Source: Cyanophora paradoxa CCMP329 (lineage: Eukaryota > Plantae > Glaucophyta). Taken from it: a stretch of DNA of 64,000 bases. A model generated the notes under the pieces. That model made no database searches. It saw only the letters and a list, made by a program, of their open reading frames with translations, and had not been told where the DNA came from. Both the position numbers and the translations under genes were made by a program. Shown piece by piece: positions 14,008 through 23,976 of this stretch. The stretch's first letter is position 1. Each line of letters opens with the position of its first letter. The stretch is from positions 62,406 through 126,405 of the forward strand of contig QPMI01000511.1 in NCBI GenBank assembly GCA_004431415.1, in the 5' to 3' direction.

Positions 14008-14570
14008 AGCTGCAGCCATCGCCAGCATCACAGACGTAGCTAGTGGGAGTCGGGTGAACGAATGGCGTTCCACTGGCCTGTCGACGGTGCGTGATCGCAA
14101 GAGCGTGCGGTTGGGGGCGCGCGGGGCCGCCTTTGGCAATCCAGCTCCCGCGCCTCGCCTGCGCTCAGCGCCGCGCACTGCTGACTGGCGCAGCTAGTTA
14201 GCGCCAGCCAGCTGCAGCCTTTCCGTACAAGCTTTCCATAGGCGCCTAGTTAGGCAACCATCCCTTCCCACAAACCTTCTTCATAGCTTCATAGGTAGCT
14301 CCCATACCACATTAGAGTCACAGCGCCTGAGAATACTCGGCGCTCGCCGCGTGGCTGGTGCCCGGCGTAGTAGCGTATACAGGTAGCTCTCCGTAGTGGT
14401 CTTGTCTGAATCTCGTAGTACATTATCGTGTGGCACGTAGCATCCCACACTCGCACGCCTGAGCTCGCTCGGCGCCCCGCCGCGTGGCTGTGCCCGGCGC
14501 CGCACTTCCGTAGTAGTAGCTCACGTGGGCTAGAGCAAGACGAGCTGCACGCACATACATCCCCACGCAT

Positions 14571-17500
14571 ATGCCAGGATCCTTATTTTTCTGGCCGGTC
14601 GCAGAGGGCGACGTCGTCGCGTGGTTCGGCGAGAACCGTAGAGAGGAACTTGGCACTGTTACAGCCGAGAACCCTGAGCTGCCGGTATCGGCCAAGCTCC
14701 TGTATCAGGTGCTTCTAGTCGTTTTGCAACCTTTTTCAAGAGCGAACGCGACGGCCCGCCCTCGCCAGATCGCGACCGGCCTGCGCACCGATGAAGAGCC
14801 CAACGCACTGAGCAAACTGCCCGAGGGCGTTGACTGCGTGCTCGTCGGCTGCAGTGAGGCCGGCGCCGTCCACACGTACACATGGAAGACCGGCGCGCGC
14901 GCCGGCACGCTCCGGCACGGCGCGGAGCAGATTACGTTCGAGTTCGAGTTCGGCGAGCTGAGCCCCTGCGGCACGGACTACCGCGTGCTAGTCGGCCCGG
15001 CGCCGGCGGCCGGCGGTCCCGGCCAGCAGCAGACCGTGCACCGGCTCGCCCAGCTGGCGGACGTCGCCAGGGACGAGCCGACGTCGACGGCGGTCGTGAA
15101 CGTCCTACGGGGCGTTACACAGTGGTTCGGCCTGGCACTCCTGCCAGCAGAGTCCCGCCCAGCCGGGGTCCGGTCTCTCTTCGACCTGTGGCAGATTCTG
15201 CCCCCGCATTACACGACAGTGGAGAGCGCGTTTCTCGAGCTCCTCATCGGGGCCGCGCAGAACGCCGCCGGCGTCGGCGCCCAGCAGCTCGCCAGCGAGC
15301 GTCTGAGCGACGCCAATATCCAGCTCGCCCTGGAGAGCCTCTACGCTTTCGCGACGACCCCCCTCGGCCTTGCTGCGCGGGAGACACTCGCCCGCGGCCG
15401 CGTGGTGACGCCGGCGGATATGCTGGCTTTCTCTCCGTCGGCTCTGATGGCGGCCAACGGCAGCTATTCGGATGTGAGCGGAGGGGTGCGGGGCGACATG
15501 ACCCTGCTCTTCGAGGTTTCACGGGCGGCCGCGATTCTGGGCGAGGAGCTGCACGAGGCGGCGCCGGCGTCTTTCCCCCGGGCGGCTAGCTCGGGCACTG
15601 GCTCCGGCCAGGGCGCCGAGGGCCCGCAGGAGCAGTTGCAGCTGCAGCAGCATATGCAGCAGCAGCAGGTGCCGCCGATGCGGATGACCCCGCGCATCCG
15701 ACCCTCGATTTCCGGAGCCGCTTCGGCACGGCTGGCCCCGGGCCCAGGGGGCCTTGCGGCGCCCGGCCTCGGCCGCTCTAGCTTCGCGGCCCGGGCCACT
15801 GGTGCCAGCTCCGGCACCAGGCTGGTTTGCGGGGTAGGCATTCCCCGCTGCGCCCCTCCCCTTGGGCAGACAGCTGAGGCCGCATCGCCGCTTCCGCAGC
15901 CGGAGCCTCGACTTGGTGCAGTCGAGAGTGGCCTCGGCAACGCGATGCGAGAGGCTCGGGCCTCGGCGGCCGCGATGCGTGCTCGCATGCAGGTAGGCCC
16001 GGTGGCCCATGTCAAGCGACCGCCACCGGTCGCGACAGCGCCAATGACGATTTCTCAGCCAGATCCCACGGGGCAGGCCCCCCTGCAGTTCCGGCGGGAC
16101 CCCCCCATCTTCCCCAGCCAGGGCCCCGGGGTACGCTTGCCACACCCGCCTGGCTTACCGCGGTTAGCCCGCGCCTCGGCCGACCGCCCACCCTCGCCCG
16201 TTCAGGCTCCGCCTCCCTCGGATGAGGACATGTACGAGGTCGATGAGTTTGAGGGTGCCGGCGGCGCCGGCGGCCCAGCGGCGGCCCCCGCCGCGGGCCG
16301 GGGCACGCCCAGGCGCAGCAGCACGAGCTCTACGCTGCGGCGAAGACGGACCCCGCTTTCGCCAAGCTCATCGGCGCGGCACACGGTGGTGTTCATGAGA
16401 ACATCAAGCGCCAGCCATGGCGCATGGGCGGCCCGCGTCACTTCCTCGCTGGCTCCGGTTTCGGCCTTCAGGGCAGCGGCACCGTGCCGCAGCTCAAGGC
16501 AGGTTCGATCTATCTCGATCGGGCCGCCTGCAACGGCCTCCTCGGCGATTTCAGCCAGCTGACCGACGCTGCGGCGGAGGAGCGGATCGATCTGGCCCGA
16601 CAGGCCCAGATCTACGGCTCGTTCATCGGCCACTCGGTCGCGTTCGACTTGTCCAACGGAGCGTTGGCCAGCGCTGAGCTGCTGCTGGCCAAGGGGCTAG
16701 ACGTGCTGGCGGCTGCCGATGTCGCCCTGCGCGAGCGCGAGGCCCGCCACGAGCCTGGCATTCAGCTCCTGCGGCACGATCAGCAGGAGCGGCCTGCCCA
16801 GCCGGCGCCGCCAGAGTTTGTTACGCGGGCGCACCTGGAGGATTTCCGGACGCAGCTGATTCAGAACGTCACGTTGAGCCAGGCACAGCAGTGCTATCAT
16901 CTCGCGGCCACGCACTCGCGGGCCGCGGAGCTGCAGCGCCGCCCCATTGAGGTCGATGCCACGTCCGGCATGAAGGCCCTGGTGACCGACGCCACAGCGG
17001 CGAACACCAAGAAGGGCACCTGCTTCCCCGCCTCGAACACCGCCGGCATGATCGGCGCGGCGGCAAGCTTCAGCCGTGCCCTCACGGCCGTGATGCGCCC
17101 CTCGCCGGCGACGTACGACTTTGTGTACCTCACGAAGGACGGCGCCGCCAATGGCCCCCTGGCCCCCGCATCCATGGATTTCCTTGCGAGCAAGGACGCG
17201 GTGCGGGTTGAGGGCGCCATGGCGGCCGCTGGCACGACTACGCTGAACCTCGAGTTCAAGCCGCATGCCCCGGGAGCTGCGCCGGAGGAGTGGGGTAGGC
17301 AACTCTGCCCTGCGGGCGAGCGCGCTATAGCGAGCGGTCGCGCGCCCCCTCCCCTCTTGCCGCGCGCGGCCTCATACCAGGGCTCCAAACCGACCCCGGC
17401 CCCCGCATGGCAGGCACCCTTGGTGGCGAGTACAAGCGGGTGCTGGCAGCGGCCGGCGGCTCCACCTGCGTGGCCTCCGCCACGGCCGCTGAGTCGGCCC

Positions 17501-17968
17501 CCCCTGCCGTGCACCCCCGCCCCCCGGCCGCAGCCCCAAGGCCGGGCCGGGGCAGGAGGACCAGTTCCCGTTCCCCACCAAGCGCCAGCGCCAGCGGACC
17601 GTCGGTGCCGCCGCCAATGCTGCCATCGAGCGGGCGGTCTCCCAGGCTCTCATCAGCCAGGGCCAGCTACGGCAGCAGTTCGGTCCCCTCAGCGGCCCCC
17701 AGCAGTTCGCCCCCATGTTTGGCCCGCCGCCGCAGCCGTTCGCGTTCGCCCAGCCCTTCGCACCGCCCCCCCCGGCCCCGTACTTCATCCCCCAGCAGGG
17801 CCCTGCCCCTGGGCAGTACGGAGGCCGCGGTGGCGGTGGGGGTGGCCGCGGGGGGCGAGGCCGTGGAGGTGGCCAGGGCGGCCAGGGGGCCATGCCCCGC
17901 GGGGCGGCCACGTGCATGGATACGGCGGCGGCCAGCAGGACTACGGAGGCCAGAGCTACTACGAGTAG
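14571..17968 (+). CDS. Gag-like ORF1 of the retrotransposon, broken by frameshifts near 16.3, 17.35 and 17.6-17.9 kb
   Basis: Overlapping ORFs 14571-16562, 16424-17968 and 17407-18078 chain into one long intronless protein upstream of pol, with an RGG/Gly-rich tail. Assigned by position, with no diagnostic motif. Confidence 0.6.
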
Positions 17969-20618
17969 TTCTAGCAGTTCCCCTGCCTTGGACCCGCGGT
18001 CCCGACGGCCGGGCTTGTCACTACCCCCGGCGACACGCCCTCGCCTCGCGCCGCCGACTTTCCTGCTGTCTCGCTTAGAGGCGGGCAGGGCCGTCGAGCT
18101 GCAGTCTTGTTTCCCCCTTGTAGACCTCATCAGCCTCTCCCCTCATGCAGCCCCACAGCGCTGCCCGCGTGCACCGACAGACGGGGGCCCGGAGCTAGAT
18201 CGCCTGCGGACACTTGTTAAGGCACATGGGCCGCAGCCCCCATACGATTTTGCACGTCACAAAGCCGCGTTTAGGGCGGGGCAGCTGCGCGAGGCGGCCC
18301 CCGAGTGGCGCCGCCGCTTCCGGGCAGCAGGCATCGAGGTGCCGGCACGCGTGATGCTTTGGCTGGAACAAGGCTTCAAAATTCCGCTGCTCCGCCCCGG
18401 CACCCCGGCAACCGCCCGTTGGGACCCGGCCAACGCGGCAACACCGGAGGACATTCCCCCTTTCTGCGAGCGCAACCGCCCCTCGTGTTTCATCGAGGTC
18501 GACGGTGCCAGTGCACGCGAATTCATTGACCGGGACGTCCTCGAGGACGAGTCCATCGGGGTGATTGACGAAATACACCCCCCCATGTGGCCGCCGCCCG
18601 CGCATTACTCGGCGCTGCACGCGGTTCCCAAGAAGGGTGCGGATCGCTTCCGTCGGTGCCTCGATGCCCGGCGCATCAACGAGTTCATTCACCTCCGCCG
18701 TTTTCGGTATCAAACGCTTGATGACGTCCTAGCCATCATTCGGAGCCTCCGAGGCCTCGATCTGTACCTCCTTGCGTACGATCTGCGCAAGGGATATTAC
18801 CACATTGCCCTGGCGCGCATCACGGCCATCGTGCTGGTCTTTGCTTGGACCTTCCTGAATGGCATCACGCGCGTTTTCTGTTACAACGCCTTGCCCTTCG
18901 GCGTCGCGCTCGCGTGTTACGTGTTCACGAAAGTGATGCGGGCTTTTGCCAAGTATTGGGCTGCCTTGAAGGTCCTCCTGGGCACGTACCTCGACGACGG
19001 CCTCTTCATCTGCCGCTCGTTAGAGGAGGCACTTCTGGTGTCCGAACACCTTCGGTGGCTTGCCCCACTCCTGCGCCTCACCTTTTCGGATAAAGGACAT
19101 GTCGATGCGCCGACCCGGCTGCTCATTTACCTCGGTCTCGGCATTGATGTCGGACGCGGCGAGTGCTTCCTCCCGCCCAAGAAGCTCGATAAGCTCCTCG
19201 GCGTGCTTGTGCCTCTTGTGGGCAAGGAGGCGGCCCCCGCGCGAATCCTGCAGAGTATTGCAGGCTCGCTGAATGCAGCCCGGCATGCCGTAGTGGGCGC
19301 ACGGCTCGTGGCTCGCCCGCTCACGAACGCGGTCGCTCAGGCGGAGACCCTTGGGTCCGGCAGCGCGGCAGCCGTCCCGCTGAATGCTCTGGCCCGCCGC
19401 GCAATCCGCTGGCTGGCAGAGTACCTGCCGCTTGCCCCCCCTGCCCCCCTTTGGCGACCCGAACAGGCGTATCGCTTGTTCACCGATGCGTCCGGCCTGG
19501 GTTACTGCGCGGCGCTCGATGCGCGCCCCTGCGCGTCCCCCGATTCGCTGGACGCCGCTCCCTGCCGCTCGATCTTTGGCACGTGGCCAGAGGACATCCG
19601 GGGCGAAGATAACAGCTGGCGCGAACTGCGGGCCGTCGTGATTGCCGCCGCCGAGCTCTTTCCCCTCGTCCGCGGCTCGCACATCCTCGTGCGCTGCGAT
19701 AATTCCTCGGCTGTGGCAGCCGCGGTTCGCGGAAGCCTGTCGGAAGGAATGATGGACCTCGCGTTGCGCCTTTTCGGCCTTTGTGCTCAAGCGGGCGTCA
19801 CGCTTGATGTGCTGCATATCGCCGGCCGACGCAACGTCCTGGCGGACGCCGGCTCGCGCACTCGCCGACCTACGCTGCACTGGGGCCTCGCGCGGCGCAT
19901 TCGCCACTGGTGCGGTGGGACCACCTGGCCACACGTACACGTGGCATCGCGGCACGACGCCCCGTTTGACGGATCCGCACGCACCCCTGCGCTGTACACC
20001 GTCGATGCACGGCTGCGCTCGGAGTTCCTCGCCTGGCTCTGCACGCATGGCAGCGGCTCTGCCTGGTTGGTCCCGTACCTGCCCGGCACGTCCTCCTGGC
20101 TGGCGCTGCAGCTTGCAGCGTCCCAGCGAGGCTGGTTCCTGCAGGCGCTCCCCGCAGAGTGGCGCCTTCCGCGGGACTTGTTCTTTGCGGAGGGCACCGG
20201 GGGGGCCGGTGGGGTCGGGCTAGGAGCCTCCCCGTGGCCCCTGTACCTCTGCGTCGCGAGCGACGCTGACTGGGTGCTGGGCCGGCCGCAGGGCGCTTCT
20301 TCGCCCCGCACTTCGCCCCCCCACCCGTCCCCGTCGGCGGCTACTGGCCCTACGGCCCCGGCGGCTACTACCACGCAGCCCTCCCGGCGCCCGCGCCATC
20401 GCCGCCGCCGACCGGTCTCCGGACCATCGCCAGCCCAGGACGCAACCCTGGGACTGCCAGCGCCGGGCGTGCGGACCCAGGCTCCACCGTTGGCGCAGTC
20501 GCTGCCCCAACTGGGGCGCCAGCCAGCAGCGCTCCCGTCCCGCAGCCTCGAGCTCGACCCGTGGGCGCCGGCGGCGCCACCGGTGCCCGCACGGCTCACG
20601 CCGCACGGCCTGAGCTGA
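17715..20618 (+). CDS. Pol: reverse transcriptase + RNase H + degenerate methyltransferase-like domain
   Basis: RT: AVPKKG, RRCLDARRIN, YDLRKGYYHI, LPFG, YLDD, YLGLGID. RNase H: FTDASG, RELRAV, RCDNSS, HIAGRRNVLADAGSR. True start uncertain. Confidence 0.93.
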   Translation: MFGPPPQPFAFAQPFAPPPPAPYFIPQQGPAPGQYGGRGGGGGGRGGRGRGGGQGGQGAMPRGAATCMDTAAASRTTEARATTSSSSSSPALDPRSRRPGLSLPPATRPRLAPPTFLLSRLEAGRAVELQSCFPLVDLISLSPHAAPQRCPRAPTDGGPELDRLRTLVKAHGPQPPYDFARHKAAFRAGQLREAAPEWRRRFRAAGIEVPARVMLWLEQGFKIPLLRPGTPATARWDPANAATPEDIPPFCERNRPSCFIEVDGASAREFIDRDVLEDESIGVIDEIHPPMWPPPAHYSALHAVPKKGADRFRRCLDARRINEFIHLRRFRYQTLDDVLAIIRSLRGLDLYLLAYDLRKGYYHIALARITAIVLVFAWTFLNGITRVFCYNALPFGVALACYVFTKVMRAFAKYWAALKVLLGTYLDDGLFICRSLEEALLVSEHLRWLAPLLRLTFSDKGHVDAPTRLLIYLGLGIDVGRGECFLPPKKLDKLLGVLVPLVGKEAAPARILQSIAGSLNAARHAVVGARLVARPLTNAVAQAETLGSGSAAAVPLNALARRAIRWLAEYLPLAPPAPLWRPEQAYRLFTDASGLGYCAALDARPCASPDSLDAAPCRSIFGTWPEDIRGEDNSWRELRAVVIAAAELFPLVRGSHILVRCDNSSAVAAAVRGSLSEGMMDLALRLFGLCAQAGVTLDVLHIAGRRNVLADAGSRTRRPTLHWGLARRIRHWCGGTTWPHVHVASRHDAPFDGSARTPALYTVDARLRSEFLAWLCTHGSGSAWLVPYLPGTSSWLALQLAASQRGWFLQALPAEWRLPRDLFFAEGTGGAGGVGLGASPWPLYLCVASDADWVLGRPQGASSPRTSPPHPSPSAATGPTAPAATTTQPSRRPRHRRRRPVSGPSPAQDATLGLPAPGVRTQAPPLAQSLPQLGRQPAALPSRSLELDPWAPAAPPVPARLTPHGLS

Positions 20619-21676
20619 GCGTGCACCCGCCACGGCCGCCCCCCTCACAGCGCGTCCGTTCGCTGCTGGCGAGTGCCCGGGCGACCCAGGCGGCCTCCAT
20701 CCAGGGCACAACCCGTGCCAAGTACGACGTCTGGTGGGGCTGGTACCTGGCCTTCTGCGGGGGCGAGCTCGACCCTGTTGAGTCGGACTCGCTCCTTGCC
20801 TTTGCCGCCCACCTAGAGAGTGAGGGCAAGAAGGCAGCGTACCTTGCCAAGATCCTCTCGGGCATTCGTTGGCAGCTGGCGGCACGGGGCCTGGAGCCCC
20901 CGCCCCCCTCCACGACCCGCCTCTTCCTGCGTGGGGCCGCGCAGCGGAACCCGCAGACGACGCAGCAGGCTACCCCCCTCGAGTCGTCGATGCTCGATGC
21001 CTGGCTGCGGTCTCCCGCCCTGGCGTCGAAGCCAGTGGCAGCGGCCCTAGCAGACGTGGCGATGGTATTGATCGGCATCGCCTGCCTGCTTCGGAGCGAG
21101 CAGGTCCTCCACCTCCGCCACTGCGACGTCGTCGTGCTCATCGGCACCCCGGGTTTCGATTTCTCCTTCCCGTGGGAGAAGACCAACCCTGGCGCCTTGA
21201 AGCCGGCACGTGTCGTGCGCGTCCTGGACCCGCCACCGCGGCCCCCCGGGCAGCCCCGCAGCCGCCTGTGGGACTTCGCCCCCGCCGTCCGGGCCTATCT
21301 GGCACGATTCCCGCCCGCGGTCCGGTTGTCCACCGACCTCCTTTTTCGCGGCGCGGACGGCCTCCCCGTGACGTATGATTACATCAACGGATTCATTAAG
21401 GAGGTGGCGGCCGCCTCAGGCGCTCAGGGCAGCTGGACGTCCCACACACTCCGCCGCACGGGTGCCACCCTGGCAGCCCTTGGCGGCGCCACGACGCGCG
21501 AGCTCCGCGTCCTTGGCGGCTGGTCCCACCGCAGCACCACCGCCGAGCAGTATGTCGATGCCGCAGTGGTCCTCTCCGGCCGGGGCAGTGCCTACATGAC
21601 GGCCGGCGCCGGGCTGACCTTACCTCTCGGCGCCGGCCGCGCCGGCGCCGCCAGCGCCGGCGCCCCGCGCCTGTGA
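20561..21676 (+). CDS. Tyrosine recombinase (integrase) of the retrotransposon
   Basis: Catalytic residues R (LLRSEQ), K (WEKTN), HxxR (SHTLRRTGAT), W (GGWS), Y (AEQYV). N-terminal TRAKY..WGWYLAFC core-binding region. Confidence 0.92.
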   Translation: MGAGGATGARTAHAARPELSVHPPRPPPSQRVRSLLASARATQAASIQGTTRAKYDVWWGWYLAFCGGELDPVESDSLLAFAAHLESEGKKAAYLAKILSGIRWQLAARGLEPPPPSTTRLFLRGAAQRNPQTTQQATPLESSMLDAWLRSPALASKPVAAALADVAMVLIGIACLLRSEQVLHLRHCDVVVLIGTPGFDFSFPWEKTNPGALKPARVVRVLDPPPRPPGQPRSRLWDFAPAVRAYLARFPPAVRLSTDLLFRGADGLPVTYDYINGFIKEVAAASGAQGSWTSHTLRRTGATLAALGGATTRELRVLGGWSHRSTTAEQYVDAAVVLSGRGSAYMTAGAGLTLPLGAGRAGAASAGAPRL

Positions 21677-22214
21677 TCACGAGCTCGAGCCCGTAACCAC
21701 GGCCACCGGGCCACTGCAGCTGTATGTGCACATACGCCACAGTACAGCATGCACATACGCACGCGATCGTGATCGCAGTGTACATATAGGTGCTCGCGTA
21801 GCACTCAGGCCCGTGCCCGGCGCCAGCACTCGCGCTATAGATCTCTGGCCGCCGGGCTGACGGCGACTCGATCACGTCACATTTGAATTCTCGCTGCCTG
21901 AGGTGTATACGTAAACTTGGGTAGATCTAGCGATAGATAAACCACACGAGGCCCAGAGCCCCTCGCTAGAGTCACGGAGTACTGGGCCGGTCAAGATCTC
22001 GCGCCCGAGCCGCACTCGAGCTCAGTGAAACGTATATTGCGTACGACTGCTAACTAAATACGTATACGTGCCCAACTACGCATAAATATACATACATATT
22101 AATATTCAGAGTGCTATTGACTGGCCGCCTAGCATATATATATACGTCTGCCAGACAATTTATGTCTATCTGTATACAGCGAGAGGTGTGATGCTGGCCC
22201 GGGTACCCTGCCTG

Positions 22215-22795
22215 GCCGGCCGGGCGGTACAGCGTACCTCCGGCTATCATCCATCATTGCTCAATTATTGTAGACGTATAGTATGCTTCTTGAGTGCGCG
22301 CCAAGAGGGCCGACCAGCCCCGGCCGGGAAACATGCAGTGAGGGAACGGTCACCCCGTTTCTTCCCTCCTGCCCCGTGCCGGAAAAAAGATCTGGTCGCT
22401 TTTCCCTCCTGGCCGCGCAGCGGCACACCGGGGCGATGAGATACTCGCCCCGGGGGCTCGCCTATGCTGAGCCTGATCACGAGGCGTCGTCCTCTCTTTT
22501 CTCCCCCGCGCCATTCCCGTGGATCGTGCACGTGCGCGCACGCGCGCCGTGACGTCGATCCCGTGAGTGAAAGCGATAGGCGCAAATGTTATTGTGTCAA
22601 CCAATGAGGCCGCACGAGTGAGCGCCCGGCGGCGCTGGCGCAAGCCAGCGCTCGGCAATGACAAGCCGGAGTTCGCCAAGTAATACGTAATATTAGCGCT
22701 CGCTCGTGGCGGCCGACGCGGCCGTGGTTAGATATACGGCAGTGCCCTAAGGGAGGCAGCGCGTGAGCCCGGCAGCTGGCGCACAGAAGGAGAGA
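22215..22795 (+). repeat. Split direct repeat B1
   Basis: Same as 23382-23962; the ORF track shows duplicated peptides. Confidence 0.95.
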
Positions 22796-22944
22796 TAATA
22801 GATTACGCTGCAAGGCGTGATCAGTTTCTCTCCGCCGGAGCGCGCTGCCGGGGCCGCGCCCTTACCTCCGGGGTACAGCCTGCGCACGGCCGCCCACAGT
22901 ACCCCCACTTTCTTTTCGGCTTCGCGTTAGTTGCAGCTTCGCGG
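22796..22944 (+). repeat. Split direct repeat A2, directly abutting B1
   Basis: Same as 13859-14007; junction ...GGAGAGA|TAATAG... Confidence 0.95.
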
Positions 22945-23381
22945 CCCGCCCGCCTCTCCCGGAACTTCGGAAGCCGCGATCGCGATTAACTGGCCTGGAG
23001 CACCGGCAGGTGCCGGGCTATTTTCCGAATTTTTCAACGTTAACCCAACGATACGGTCTAGCTATAAGAATTAATCGGGGGAGGGGACCCGGAAACTCAC
23101 GGCCGCAGGTCGGTTCTGGAAATCAATCGGTCTGGATGCTTGGATCCAGGGCCCAACCCCCCCTCGTTTTCCGTTGCTAGGTAGGGCGCGGGGGAGAGAA
23201 GCTTTTTCATCAATGGGTGCGGGGCGGCACGCTGGAGGGGCGTGCGCTCTGTTCTGCCTTGGGCGCACCCGGTCGGGGGCGGGGAAACCGTCATGCCCCC
23301 GATCCCTTTCTCTTTCCGCTGGGACGAACAGGCGGAGGGGCCGTTCGTTTCCACCGTTTTTACGGCCCCACATTCCTATGT

Positions 23382-23962
23382 GCCGGCCGGGCGGTACAGC
23401 GTACCTCCGGCTATCATCCATCATTGCTCAATTATTGTAGACGTATAGTATGCTTCTTGAGTGCGCGCCAAGAGGGCCGACCAGCCCCGGCCGGGAAACA
23501 TGCAGTGAGGGAACGGTCACCCCGTTTCTTCCCTCCTGCCCCGTGCCGGAAAAAAGATCTGGTCGCTTTTCCCTCCTGGCCGCGCAGCGGCACACCGGGG
23601 CGATGAGATACTCGCCCCGGGGGCTCGCCTATGCTGAGCCTGATCACGAGGCGTCGTCCTCTCTTTTCTCCCCCGCGCCATTCCCGTGGATCGTGCACGT
23701 GCGCGCACGCGCGCCGTGACGTCGATCCCGTGAGTGAAAGCGATAGGCGCAAATGTTATTGTGTCAACCAATGAGGCCGCACGAGTGAGCGCCCGGCGGC
23801 GCTGGCGCAAGCCAGCGCTCGGCAATGACAAGCCGGAGTTCGCCAAGTAATACGTAATATTAGCGCTCGCTCGTGGCGGCCGACGCGGCCGTGGTTAGAT
23901 ATACGGCAGTGCCCTAAGGGAGGCAGCGCGTGAGCCCGGCAGCTGGCGCACAGAAGGAGAGA
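23382..23962 (+). repeat. Split direct repeat B2 (3' terminus of the element)
   Basis: Same as 22215-22795. Confidence 0.95.
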
Positions 23963-23976
23963 AAGAGATTCAGAGA

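Larger units (their letters stand above)
13859..23962 (+). mobile_element. Full-length tyrosine-recombinase (DIRS-order, PAT/Ngaro-type) retrotransposon with split direct repeats A1-ORFs-B1-A2-spacer-B2
   Basis: A1 13859-14007 matches A2 22796-22944 (149 bp). B1 22215-22795 matches B2 23382-23962 (581 bp). Intronless gag-like, RT/RNase H and YR ORFs lie inside. Confidence 0.93.

Noticed and set aside
22215-23962. 581-bp duplicates as LTRs, coding duplicates or an assembly error
   Set aside because: Both lie 3' of the ORFs and interleave with repeat A exactly as split direct repeats of a YR retrotransposon.
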